Position numbers and translations under genes: made by a program. This document shows positions 43,859 to 52,229 of a stretch of DNA of 64,000 nucleotides, piece by piece. This DNA comes from Candidatus Deferrimicrobiaceae bacterium. GTDB lineage: Bacteria; Methylomirabilota; Methylomirabilia; Rokubacteriales; CSP1-6. The notes under the pieces are model-generated. The model saw only the letters and a program-made list of their open reading frames with translations. It did not search any database and was not told where the DNA came from. The stretch covers positions 121 through 64,120 of the forward strand of contig DATHSW010000395.1 in assembly GCA_035463855.1 (NCBI GenBank), given 5' to 3'. Position 1 is the first letter of the stretch, and each line of letters begins with the position of its first letter.

Positions 43859-45216
43859 CGCCTCTGGCGGGCTCCCGGCTCATTGTGCCAGCCCTCGACG
43901 CCTCGCGCCAGGAACGCGTCGACGAGAGACGCCAGCGTGGGCTCCCCCGCGTCTTCGAACTCGTAGCGGGCGCGCACCACGGGCTTCTCGAGCGCGATCA
44001 GCGCGGCCAGATCGAGCGGGGTGGCCGCCACCACCACGTCCGCGACGGCCCGATTGATCGTCTCGCGCAGCTCCTGCAGCTGGCCGGCGTCGTAGCCGAC
44101 CGCCGGGAGCACGGGCCCGATGTGCGGATACCGGGCAAAGATCTCCCGCACGCCGGGCGCCGCGGAGGCGCGCGGATCGACGATGGCCGCCGCGCCCCCG
44201 TTGGTGGCCGCGACGTAGCCCGCCCCGTACGCCATGCCGCCGTGCGTGAGGGTCGGGCCGTCCTCCACCACCAGGACGCGCCGCCCCCGCACCGCCGCGG
44301 GGTCGTCCAGCCGGACCGGAGAGGCCGCGCGCACGATCGTGGCCCGCGGATTGATCGCGCGCGCCTCGTCGATGACCGCCCGCACGTGGCCGGCCGGAGC
44401 CGCGTCCACCTTGTTGACGACGACGACGTCCGCCATGCGCAGCACCGCTTCGCCCGGGTGGTAGGCGTCGGCCTGCCCGGGCCGGAGCGCGTCGGCCATG
44501 ACGATGTGCAGATCCGGCCGCAGCAGCGGGAAATCGTTGTTGCCGCCGTCCCAGACGATGAGGTCCGCCTCCCGCTCGGCGCGCTCCACGATCGCCGCGT
44601 AGTCCACCCCCGCGAAGACGACGTGGCCGGCGGCCAGGTGCGGCTCGTACTCCTCGCGCTCCTCGGCGGTGCATCCCGCCGCGTCGAGATCCTCGCGCCG
44701 CGCGAACCGCTGCACGCGCTGCCGCTCGAGGTCGCCGTACGGCATCGGGTGCCGCAGCACCGCGACCTTGCGCCCGCGCTCGCGGAGCCGGCGGCCGAGC
44801 CAGCGCGCGGTCTGGGACTTGCCGCACCCGGTCCGGATGGCCGAGATCGCGATCACCGGCACGCGCGCCCGCAGCATCGTGCTGCGCGGCCCGAGCAGGG
44901 CGAAGTCCGCGCCCGCGGCCAGGGCCCGCGAGGCCAGGTGCATCACGGCCGCGTGGGGCACGTCGCTGTAGGCGAACACGACGCGATCCACCGCGTCGCG
45001 CCGGCAGATCGCCTCCAGGTCGGCCTCGTCCTCGATCGGAATGCCGGCCGGATAGCGCGGGCCGGCGAGGGAGGCGGGGTAGCGGCGGTCGCTCAGGCGC
45101 GGGATCTGGGCCTGGGTGAACGCCACCACGTGGACGCCCGGGTCGTCACGGTAGACCACGTTGAAGTTGTGGAAGTCGCGGCCGGCCGCGCCCAGGATCA
45201 CGATCCTAGTGGGCAT
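43855..45216 (-). CDS. P-loop protein resembling the cyclic 2,3-diphosphoglycerate synthetase family (assignment tentative)
   Basis: 453 aa with N-terminus MPTRIVILGAAGRDFHNFNVVYRDDP and P-loop RTGCGKSQTA. Family recognition is from memory only. Confidence 0.45.
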   Translation of the reverse strand: MPTRIVILGAAGRDFHNFNVVYRDDPGVHVVAFTQAQIPRLSDRRYPASLAGPRYPAGIPIEDEADLEAICRRDAVDRVVFAYSDVPHAAVMHLASRALAAGADFALLGPRSTMLRARVPVIAISAIRTGCGKSQTARWLGRRLRERGRKVAVLRHPMPYGDLERQRVQRFARREDLDAAGCTAEEREEYEPHLAAGHVVFAGVDYAAIVERAEREADLIVWDGGNNDFPLLRPDLHIVMADALRPGQADAYHPGEAVLRMADVVVVNKVDAAPAGHVRAVIDEARAINPRATIVRAASPVRLDDPAAVRGRRVLVVEDGPTLTHGGMAYGAGYVAATNGGAAAIVDPRASAAPGVREIFARYPHIGPVLPAVGYDAGQLQELRETINRAVADVVVAATPLDLAALIALEKPVVRARYEFEDAGEPTLASLVDAFLARGVEGWHNEPGARQRR

Positions 45217-45219
45217 GCC

Positions 45220-45660
45220 TCACCAGAGGAAGAATTCGGCCTCGGCCTCGATGCCCGATCCCTTCGTGAGCCCGGTGAACACGTCGTGCTCGGTCAGGAT
45301 GCCCACCAGCCGGCCGTCCGCGACGACCGGCAGGCTGCCGATCCGGCGCTGGAACATCGTCAGGGCCGCCTGGACCAGCGGGACGTCGGCCTGGGTCGTC
45401 ACCACCGACCACGTCATCACGTCCCGGACCCGCGGCGCCTTGACGCGGTGGGGGGCCAGGCCCGTCTGCCCCGCCAGCGCGGGCAGGAAGGCCGCGTGCC
45501 GGAGGTCGCGGTCGGTCAGGATCCCGAGCACGTGGGCGCCCGCATCGACCACCGGGAGGTGGCGGATCCCTTTGCTGCGCATCAGATCCACCGCCACCCG
45601 CACCGAGGTGTCGAGATCGACCACCACCGGGTGCTTCGTCATCACGTCGCCGACCTTCAT
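45220..45660 (-). CDS. CBS-pair domain protein
   Basis: MKVGDVMTKHPVVV... with two CBS motifs. Paralog of 35107-35571. Confidence 0.85.
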   Translation of the reverse strand: MKVGDVMTKHPVVVDLDTSVRVAVDLMRSKGIRHLPVVDAGAHVLGILTDRDLRHAAFLPALAGQTGLAPHRVKAPRVRDVMTWSVVTTQADVPLVQAALTMFQRRIGSLPVVADGRLVGILTEHDVFTGLTKGSGIEAEAEFFLW

Positions 45661-45959
45661 GCGTGGACCTGCTCGGGCACCCGCGGCGGATTCAGGATCG
45701 CCTGCAGCTCCTTCCCCATCTTGAAGAACGGGACCTTCCGGGCCGGGACCTCGATCGGGGCCCGTGTCTTCGGGTTCCGGCCGGTGCGCGCCCGTCGCTG
45801 GCGCACCGCGAACGTGCCGAGACCGCGCAGCTCCACGCGCTCGCCCTTCACCAGCGCCTCGGTGATGCGCTCGAACATCGCCGTCACGACCGTTTCGCTC
45901 ACCGCGCGGCTGAGACCGGCGATGCGCGCTACTTCCAGGACGAGATCGCTCTTGTTCAT
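45657..45959 (-). CDS. IHF/HU family DNA-bending protein, paralog 2
   Basis: MNKSDLVLEVARIAG..., VELRGLGTFAVRQRRARTGRNPKTRAPIEVPARKVPFFKMGKEL. ATG at 45959. Confidence 0.85.
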   Translation of the reverse strand: MNKSDLVLEVARIAGLSRAVSETVVTAMFERITEALVKGERVELRGLGTFAVRQRRARTGRNPKTRAPIEVPARKVPFFKMGKELQAILNPPRVPEQVHA

Positions 45960-45986
45960 GTCCACGGTTCTCCCGGAGGAGAGCAA

Positions 45987-46002
45987 TGCAACTCCGCTGC
46001 CA
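45987..46002 (-). promoter_or_regulatory. sigma-54 type -24/-12 promoter for the IHF-CBS-cDPGS-like-hsp20-lon-ldt-ycbK operon
   Basis: Minus strand reads TGGCAG-CGGAG-TTGCA, about 28 nt upstream of ATG 45959. Confidence 0.65.
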
Positions 46003-46122
46003 CCAGCCATGCGCTCAAAAGACCGTGATCCCGTCAGGTTGCGCCGCGGGGGCACGATCCCGATGGGGCGGCTCCACCCCAGCCGGGGCGGCACGTCCCC
46101 GCCGTCGGGCCACGTCCCCAAC

Positions 46123-47118
46123 TCACCGGAGACGGGTCAGCTCGTCCCGGGGCGACCATTCGAAGCGCACCCGCCGGCCTTCTCGATAGGCATCGACACC
46201 CCGGCCGGCCGTGACCCAGCCGATCACGGCGGCCGCCACCCGGCGGCGCCTGAAGGCGCCCAGCAGCGCCTCGGCGCGGCGCTCGGATATCGCGAGGAGC
46301 AACGAGCCGGATGCGATCAGTCCGAGGGGGCGAAGCCCGAAGTGCGCGCACAGGCGGGCGGTGTGGGGGTGCACCGCGATCCGATCGAGATCGACGGTCA
46401 GCCGCCGGCCCGAAGCGGTGGCGAGCTCGAAGAGGGCCGCGGCCACGCCCCCCTCGGTGGGGTCGTGCATCGCGCTTGCTCCGGCCCGCGCCGCGAGCAG
46501 GGCTTCGCCGACCACGGAGATGCCGGGCCGGTGGTTGAAGCGTGCGGCCTCGTGCCGGGCGCGGCCGCCGAGGGCCGTTCGGGCCGCGCGGGCGAATCGG
46601 CGCGCGAGGATCGAGGTGCCTTCGATGCCGGCGAACTTGGTCATGATGATCAGATCCCCGGCCCGGGCGCCGGCCGCGGTCACGAGGCCGTCTCGACGGA
46701 CCAGGCCCTGCATGTCGCCGGCCACGATGGGCTGCCTCACCGCGGGGGAGATCTCGGTGTGGCCCCCCGTGACGGCGATGCCGAGCCCGCGCGCGGCGCG
46801 GTCGATGTCCCGGAAGATCCCTCGTACGACCCCGGGAGCGGTGCGGGGCGGCACGATGATCGTGGACTGGAACCACGCCGGCCGGGCTCCCATGACGGCG
46901 ATGTCATTGGCGTTGACGTGCACCGCGTACCAGCCGACTTCCTCGGTGGTGAAGGTGACCGGGTCGCTCTTCAGGATCAGATACTGCGGCCCGAGGCTGA
47001 CCACCGCGGCATCGAGTCCAAAGGCCGGGCCCACCACCACCCGCCGATCCGGGGCTCCGCGGAATCGAAGCAGCCTCCGCAGGAGAGCGGGCGGCAGCTT
47101 GCCGGGAAGCAGGGCCAT
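46123..47118 (-). CDS. AIR-synthase-related (PurM/HypE/ThiL superfamily) protein
   Basis: 331 aa from ATG 47118 with DPVTFTTEEVGWYAVHVNANDIAVMGA and DPTEGGVAAALFE. Confidence 0.65.
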   Translation of the reverse strand: MALLPGKLPPALLRRLLRFRGAPDRRVVVGPAFGLDAAVVSLGPQYLILKSDPVTFTTEEVGWYAVHVNANDIAVMGARPAWFQSTIIVPPRTAPGVVRGIFRDIDRAARGLGIAVTGGHTEISPAVRQPIVAGDMQGLVRRDGLVTAAGARAGDLIIMTKFAGIEGTSILARRFARAARTALGGRARHEAARFNHRPGISVVGEALLAARAGASAMHDPTEGGVAAALFELATASGRRLTVDLDRIAVHPHTARLCAHFGLRPLGLIASGSLLLAISERRAEALLGAFRRRRVAAAVIGWVTAGRGVDAYREGRRVRFEWSPRDELTRLR

Positions 47119-47555
47119 CACCGGCAGACCAGCACCGGGATCTTGCTGTGGGTGAGGACCTTGTTGGCCTCGCTGCCCAGCGCGAGGGCCGAGATGCCCT
47201 TCCGCCCGTGCGAGGCCATGCAGATCAGATCGCAGCCTTTCGTCCCGGCGGTCTCGACGATGGCCTGGTAGGGATGATCCTGGATCAGGTGGAGCGTCTC
47301 GCAGGCGACGCCGGCCGTGGCCGCCTCGCCTTTGGCGATGCCCAGGATCTTCTCGGCGAGCGCCTGGCAATCCTTCTCGTACTGCGCCGCGGTGGTGGTC
47401 ACCATCACCGGATCGACCGCGAGATTGTCGAAGGGCAGCGAGACGGTGAGAGCGGTCACCTTCGCCCCCAAGGCCTTGGCGAGCGCGATGCCCTCACGCA
47501 GCGCGCGCTCGGAGAGCGGCGATCCGTCGCTGGGAATCAGGATGTGCCGGTACAT
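47118..47555 (-). CDS. universal stress protein (UspA family)
   Basis: MYRHILIPSDGSPLSE ... ASHGRKGISALALGSEANKV. Paralog of 55526-55972. Confidence 0.85.
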   Translation of the reverse strand: MYRHILIPSDGSPLSERALREGIALAKALGAKVTALTVSLPFDNLAVDPVMVTTTAAQYEKDCQALAEKILGIAKGEAATAGVACETLHLIQDHPYQAIVETAGTKGCDLICMASHGRKGISALALGSEANKVLTHSKIPVLVCR

Positions 47556-47581
47556 GTCGAACGTCCTCCCGGGCGCCGGCG

Positions 47582-47789
47582 CGGACTATTCATGAACGGC
47601 CTCGACCGAGACCGGACGGGTGGCGCCGCGGGCGCCTCCGGGGTGAGCGAGCGGAGTGGGCCCCCCGAGCCCGGTGCGCCGCTCGAAGAGCGGCGAATCC
47701 GGCGAGTGGGTGACGGAGCCGCTCGCCCCGGAGGCGCCCGCGGCGACAGGACCCGTCCGACTCGCGCTTGTCCGTTCATGAATAGTCCG
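47582..47789. repeat. 208-bp imperfect palindrome (long hairpin or cruciform element) filling an intergenic gap
   Basis: Perfect 18-bp terminal inverted repeats cggactattcatgaacgg (47582-47599) and ccgttcatgaatagtccg (47772-47789). Further paired blocks include a 20-bp one, cgccgcgggcgcctccgggg. The apical hairpin gccgctc-gaa-gagcggc at 47678-47694 sits exactly at the symmetry centre. Confidence 0.75.
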
Positions 47790-47791
47790 GG

Positions 47792-48343
47792 CTAACGCGA
47801 TCCGGGCGGCGGGGGCGGCGGCGCTCCCGCTGGCGGAGGCGGAACGCCCGGCGGGAGGGGAGCGGGGGCGGGCGGCGGGGGCGGCGACGTGTATGCCGGC
47901 TCCGAGCCGCGGGCGACCGGGATCTGGTGACCCTTGGCGTACATGCATTGCATGTACGTCATGTCATAGCGTCGCTGGACCGCGTAGCCGCTTCCCTCCG
48001 CCCGGCCCGCGCCGGCGGCGGTCCCCCCCAGCAAGCCGACGCCGGCCCCCACGGCCGCTCCGGTCGCAGGGCTGCCCGCCGCGGCGCCGAGCGCCGCGCC
48101 GGCCGCCGCGCCGACGACCGTCCCGATCGCCGCGCCGCCGACGGTGCTCGTGGCCGAGGCCTGGCTGGGCGTGATCCCGGTATGCTGCGCGGCCCACTGG
48201 CGACACACGAGGTCGTCGGTCTGGAACTGCTCGAAGCTCTTCCCCGTGCCCGGCAGCACCATCACGCTCGGCCCGCTGGGCACCGTGGCGCACCCGGCCA
48301 GCAGCACGCCGGCCACGAGCGGAGCGAGGACGGTCTTGCGCAT
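47792..48343 (-). CDS. glycine-zipper lipoprotein with proline-rich C-terminus
   Basis: Lipobox LLAGC, glycine zipper GGAAIGTVVGAAAGAALGAAAG, poly-Pro tail. ATG 48343 is preferred because of its GGAGG ribosome-binding site; an in-frame duplicate start lies at 48367. Confidence 0.65.
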   Translation of the reverse strand: MRKTVLAPLVAGVLLAGCATVPSGPSVMVLPGTGKSFEQFQTDDLVCRQWAAQHTGITPSQASATSTVGGAAIGTVVGAAAGAALGAAAGSPATGAAVGAGVGLLGGTAAGAGRAEGSGYAVQRRYDMTYMQCMYAKGHQIPVARGSEPAYTSPPPPPAPAPLPPGVPPPPAGAPPPPPPGSR

Positions 48344-48379
48344 CCTATGGCCTCCGGTCTTGCGCATCCTATGGCCTCG
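48332..48379. repeat. tandem 24-bp duplication spanning the ribosome-binding site and start codon of the lipoprotein gene
   Basis: ggtcttgcgcatcctatggcctcc followed by ggtcttgcgcatcctatggcctcg (23 of 24 identical). It produces the MRKTGGHRMRKT N-terminus in the track ORF. Confidence 0.8.
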
Positions 48380-48725
48380 CCGGAACCTTCACCCACTCTT
48401 CGGGGCAGGTCTGCACGCTCGGGTAGTACGCGCTGGCGCTCATGCAGTAGTACCAGTAGGCCGGAGGTGCCGGCGGCGGCGGGGGCGCTGCCGGCGGCTG
48501 CTCGATGTACACCGGCGGCTGCTCGATGATGACGGTCGGCGGATAGTAGTATGGCGGCGGGTACCACCAGTAAGGATGGGGCGGTCCCCAGTACGGCGGC
48601 CCCCACCACGGCCCGACCCCGACGTAGACGCCGCCGCGCCAGTGGACCGACGCCTGGCTCGGCACGGCGGCGCCGAGGATCAGGAACGCCGCGATCACCA
48701 ACGCGAGCAGGGCCGACGTCTTCAC
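48369..48725 (-). CDS. small secreted Pro/Tyr/Trp-rich protein (118 aa), hypothetical
   Basis: GTG start, signal peptide KTSALLALVIAAFLILGAAVPSQA, PYW-rich core and a C-terminal motif YWYYCMSASAYYPSVQTCPEEWVKVP. Confidence 0.5.
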   Translation of the reverse strand: MKTSALLALVIAAFLILGAAVPSQASVHWRGGVYVGVGPWWGPPYWGPPHPYWWYPPPYYYPPTVIIEQPPVYIEQPPAAPPPPPAPPAYWYYCMSASAYYPSVQTCPEEWVKVPARP

Positions 48726-48727
48726 GT

Positions 48728-49138
48728 TCAGCGCTCGCTGGGCTCCCAGACGTAGATCCGGACCGCCGTCGCCCGCTTGCCGTCGGCCTTCACGATCGCG
48801 GTGATCCAGTCCCCCGGCTTCACCTGCCAGCCGGGAAGCCCGCTCTCGACGAAATCCCCCACCCAGCCGCTCGGCGCCGGCCCGCTGGCCCGCTTGACGC
48901 TCACGAACTCGGTCGCGGACGTGACGCCGATGGTGCGCCGTTCGACCTGGGTCACCCCTTCCTTGATCCGCCACGGGCCCATGCCTTCGACGACGACCGC
49001 ACCCGCGGTCCCATCTACCGCGACCACGGTGCCCGAGTACTTGCTCTCCTGGCCGGCGCCCCAGGTCGGAATCGCCCAGGCCGCGATCGCCACGATGGCC
49101 AGCACCGCGCTCCGTCGAACCGTTGCAGTCGTGTCCAT
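48728..49138 (-). CDS. secreted protein of unknown function (paralog of 62135-62545)
   Basis: Signal peptide followed by KYSGTVVAVDGTAGAVVVEGMGPWRIKEGVTQVERRT...GWVGDFVESGLPGWQVKPGDW. The second ATG (49138) has better ribosome-binding-site spacing. Confidence 0.6.
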   Translation of the reverse strand: MDTTATVRRSAVLAIVAIAAWAIPTWGAGQESKYSGTVVAVDGTAGAVVVEGMGPWRIKEGVTQVERRTIGVTSATEFVSVKRASGPAPSGWVGDFVESGLPGWQVKPGDWITAIVKADGKRATAVRIYVWEPSER

Positions 49139-49165
49139 GATCATCCTCCGCCCGCTGGCTCATTG

Positions 49166-49181
49166 AGCAAGGCGTGTGCCA
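49166..49181 (-). promoter_or_regulatory. sigma-54 type -24/-12 promoter for the secreted protein / PYW-rich / glycine-zipper cluster
   Basis: Minus strand reads TGGCAC-ACGCC-TTGCT, 22-28 nt upstream of the start. Confidence 0.6.
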
Positions 49182-49300
49182 CCGGCCGGAGCTCGGAACC
49201 CGTTGATTCCGTGCGGGGCTGGTCTCGCGCGATCAGCGCGATCCGACCGCCTGGGGCGGCGGAGTCCCATCGGCATGGGCGCGGCCGCCCCGCCACGGCT

Positions 49301-49316
49301 CGGCACCGGCCTTGCA
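49301..49316 (+). promoter_or_regulatory. candidate sigma-54 promoter for the glycoside-hydrolase-like gene
   Basis: CGGCAC-CGGCC-TTGCA, of the same form as the promoter at 24310. The -12 GC lies 22 nt before ATG 49337. Confidence 0.45.
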
Positions 49317-49336
49317 CCCGGACCGACACGAGCTCG

Positions 49337-50449
49337 ATGACAAACGTGATGACCCGCCGGCATCTGCTGCAGGGGACGCTCGCGCTCCTCGGGGGAGGAG
49401 CGGCCAGCGCGGGCGCGGTGGACCCCAGCCGGCCGCATCGGCTGCTCAAGGGCGTGTACCTCTCCTACTACGGGGTGGCCGATCGCACCATCCGCGGCCG
49501 GGTGCTCGAGCTGCTCGACCGCACGGAGCTCAATGCCGTCGTGATCGACGTCAAGGGAGACCGGGGCTTCATCCCGTACGACAGTCGGATTCCCCTGGCC
49601 CGGAGCGCCGGCGCGATGGGGCCGGTGCGGCTTGCCGCTTTCGATGACCTGCTCGCCGGGCTCAAGGCGAAGGGCATCTACACGGTGGCGCGCGTCGTCG
49701 CGTTCAAGGACGACGTGCTGGCGCGCTACCGGCCGGAATGGGCCGTCGCCGACACGACGACGGGCTCGCTCTGGCTCGACAACGAGCGGCTGGCCTGGAT
49801 CGATCCCTTCCACGAGGAAGCGTGGGCCTATCCGATCGCGGTCGCCCAGGAGGCCGCGCTCCGAGGTTTCGACGAGATCCAGTTCGACTACTTGCGGTTC
49901 CCGAGTGAGGGCCGCCTCGGGGCGGCGCGCTACTCGCAGACCAGTACCCAGCAGAGCCGCGTGCAGGCCATCGCGCGGTTCCTCCGGCAGGCCCGGGCGG
50001 CCCTGGCCCCGGGAAGCCCGGCGCTGGCCGTCGACGTCTTCGGCTACACGGCCTTCAACCCGGACGACACCGGCATCGGGCAACGCATCGAGGAGCTGGC
50101 GCCGCTCGTGGACGTCCTCTGCCCGATGGCCTACCCGTCCGCGTACCACGTCGGCATCCCGGGCTTCCCGAATCCCGTCGCGCATCCCTACGAGGTCGTC
50201 CTCGAGACGATGCGGCGCATGCACGCGCGAGCGGCGCACGCACCGGTCCAGATCCGGCCCTGGATCCAGGATTTCCGCGACTACGCCTTCGACCGCCGCG
50301 TGTTCGGGGTGCCCGAGGTTCGCGCCCAGATGCGAGCCGCCCTCGATGGCGGAGCGATGGGCTGGATGCTCTGGAATCCCGGCAATCGCTACACCGCGGA
50401 CGCGCTCGCCCCCCGGGGGGGCCGGGATAGCAAGGCGGCCGCCTCCTAG
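49337..50449 (+). CDS. putative glycoside-hydrolase-like TIM-barrel protein (DUF4015-like) with Tat signal
   Basis: MTNVMTRRHLLQG twin-arginine signal, NAVVIDVKGDRGFIPY, EIQFDYLRFP. Confidence 0.6.
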   Translation: MTNVMTRRHLLQGTLALLGGGAASAGAVDPSRPHRLLKGVYLSYYGVADRTIRGRVLELLDRTELNAVVIDVKGDRGFIPYDSRIPLARSAGAMGPVRLAAFDDLLAGLKAKGIYTVARVVAFKDDVLARYRPEWAVADTTTGSLWLDNERLAWIDPFHEEAWAYPIAVAQEAALRGFDEIQFDYLRFPSEGRLGAARYSQTSTQQSRVQAIARFLRQARAALAPGSPALAVDVFGYTAFNPDDTGIGQRIEELAPLVDVLCPMAYPSAYHVGIPGFPNPVAHPYEVVLETMRRMHARAAHAPVQIRPWIQDFRDYAFDRRVFGVPEVRAQMRAALDGGAMGWMLWNPGNRYTADALAPRGGRDSKAAAS

Positions 50450-51561
50450 ACCCCCAGCTCGCCGCGCACCCGGATGTAGTGGAGGATCTGCTCGCGGCCG
50501 ATCATCCCGACGAGCTCGCCGCTCGCGAGCACCGGCATCTGCGCCACGTTGGCGTCGTCCATCTTCTCGAGCGCGGCGAGCAGATTCTCCTTCGGCTCCA
50601 CCGCGGTCACCTTCTCCGCCGGCGTCATGACCTCACCCGCGGTGACCTGCGCCCACCGGTCCTGCGGGATCGCCTTGATCTCGTGCAGCGTGAGCAGGCC
50701 GGCCAACCGCCCGCCCTCCGTGACCGTGAAGCAGCGCCGCCCCGCCCCCAGCACCTCCTCGCGAACGATGCGCTCGAGGCTCGCGCCACGCTCGAGGCGC
50801 CGGCCGTCCGGGGTCATCGCCTGGGCCACCGTCACGTCACGCAGCATCTCCCGGATATTGGCCTCCGCGTGACTGTGGGCGGCGGCGTTCTGGAGGAACC
50901 AGCCGATGAACGCGAACCACATACCCCCGATCACGTTGCCCCCCATCACGGTCAGGATGCCCCAGCCGATGAGCCCGAACGCCACGAGCTGGCCGGCGAA
51001 CGCGGCGACCCGGCTCGCGCGGTGGAAGCTCCCGGTGAAGTGCCACACCGCCGCGCGGAAGAGGCGGCCGCCGTCCAGCGGAAAGCCGGGCACGAGGTTG
51101 AACACCGCCACGAGGAAGTTGATGCGGGCCAGCCAGATCGCGGGCGCCGCCAGGAGAGGCACGTCGCGGACGAGCTGCCACGCTCCCGCGAACAGCCCGG
51201 CCAGCGCGAAGCTCGTCACGGGTCCGGCGAGCGCGATCCGGAACTCCGCTCCCGGCGTGTCCGGCTCCCGGGAGATCCGGGCCATGCCGCCGAACACGAA
51301 CAGGGTGATGCTCCGGATCGGGATCCCGTTTCGCCGGGCGACCCATGAGTGCCCGAGCTCGTGGATCAGGATGGACACGAAGAAGGCCAGCGCGGTGACG
51401 GCTGCGATCGCCCAGTAGGACCCGCCGGCCCAGCCCGGATACTCGCCCGGGAAGTAGCCGGCCGCCAGCGACCAGGTCACGAGGCCGAAGACGAGCAGCC
51501 AGCTCACGTGGACGCGGATCGGGATTCCCCAGACCTCGACAACCTTGAGCCGACTCTCCAA
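50446..51561 (-). CDS. site-2 protease family (M50) zinc metalloprotease with C-terminal CBS pair
   Basis: HELGHS zinc motif within TM helices, the downstream NLVPGFPLDGG motif, and two CBS motifs at the C-terminus. Confidence 0.85.
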   Translation of the reverse strand: MESRLKVVEVWGIPIRVHVSWLLVFGLVTWSLAAGYFPGEYPGWAGGSYWAIAAVTALAFFVSILIHELGHSWVARRNGIPIRSITLFVFGGMARISREPDTPGAEFRIALAGPVTSFALAGLFAGAWQLVRDVPLLAAPAIWLARINFLVAVFNLVPGFPLDGGRLFRAAVWHFTGSFHRASRVAAFAGQLVAFGLIGWGILTVMGGNVIGGMWFAFIGWFLQNAAAHSHAEANIREMLRDVTVAQAMTPDGRRLERGASLERIVREEVLGAGRRCFTVTEGGRLAGLLTLHEIKAIPQDRWAQVTAGEVMTPAEKVTAVEPKENLLAALEKMDDANVAQMPVLASGELVGMIGREQILHYIRVRGELGV

Positions 51562-51592
51562 TCCGGCACCGCCTTCCGGTCGAGAGGCCCGG

Positions 51593-52012
51593 TCAGTCCT
51601 CGTCGAGAACGCCCTGGAGCGCTCGCAGCACGTCCACGTAGCTGATGATCCCGAGCACCTCGTGCGTGTCCTCCTGCACCACCGGAACCGCGCCGATCTT
51701 GTGCTCGATCAGGAGATCGATCACGTCGCCGATCTCCGCCTCCGGCTCGACCGCGATCACGTTCGCGCTCATGATCTTGACGATCGGCGTCGTCAGCTCC
51801 TCCCGGAGCGCGTCCGCCCCCTCGGTCTTCAGCAGCCGGGCGATGTCGACGCGGGCGAGATCACGGTCGCTCACCATCCCCACGAGGGCATCCCCCTCGA
51901 CGACGGGGATATGCCGGACGTCGGCCTCGCGCATCAGGTCCCACACCTCCGCGATGCTCGTCTGGGGAGTCACGGTCAGGGGATCCGGCGTCATCAGCTC
52001 ACGTGCGATCAT
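51593..52012 (-). CDS. CBS-pair domain protein
   Basis: MIARELMTPDPLTV... with two CBS motifs. Ribosome-binding site GGAGG. Confidence 0.85.
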   Translation of the reverse strand: MIARELMTPDPLTVTPQTSIAEVWDLMREADVRHIPVVEGDALVGMVSDRDLARVDIARLLKTEGADALREELTTPIVKIMSANVIAVEPEAEIGDVIDLLIEHKIGAVPVVQEDTHEVLGIISYVDVLRALQGVLDED

Positions 52013-52045
52013 GTGGGCCTCCTTCCCTCCATGCCGCGGGACGGG

Positions 52046-52061
52046 AGCAAGGACGGTGCCA
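52046..52061 (-). promoter_or_regulatory. sigma-54 type -24/-12 promoter for the CBS-S2P operon
   Basis: Minus strand reads TGGCAC-CGTCC-TTGCT, about 35 nt upstream of ATG 52012. Confidence 0.65.
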
Positions 52062-52229
52062 CGGGAGTGGCCGACGAATCCCGCTCTTTCCCCGCGGACC
52101 GAGCCTCTTCCGGCCGTGCGCGGTGGGGCAGCGGCTCCCCGGATGAGGCGGCGGGGCCCCGGCGCGACGGCGCCGGCGCCCTTGCGCTGGGGCGCCGGCC
52201 CTGCTATCGGTCGGTGCGGGGAGATCCTG

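Noticed and set aside
52062-52229. Leader of the tdh-kbl operon checked for a glycine riboswitch or a -24/-12 promoter
   Set aside because: I could not recognise glycine-riboswitch core motifs. The nearest TTGC has no GG at the required 10-nt spacing.
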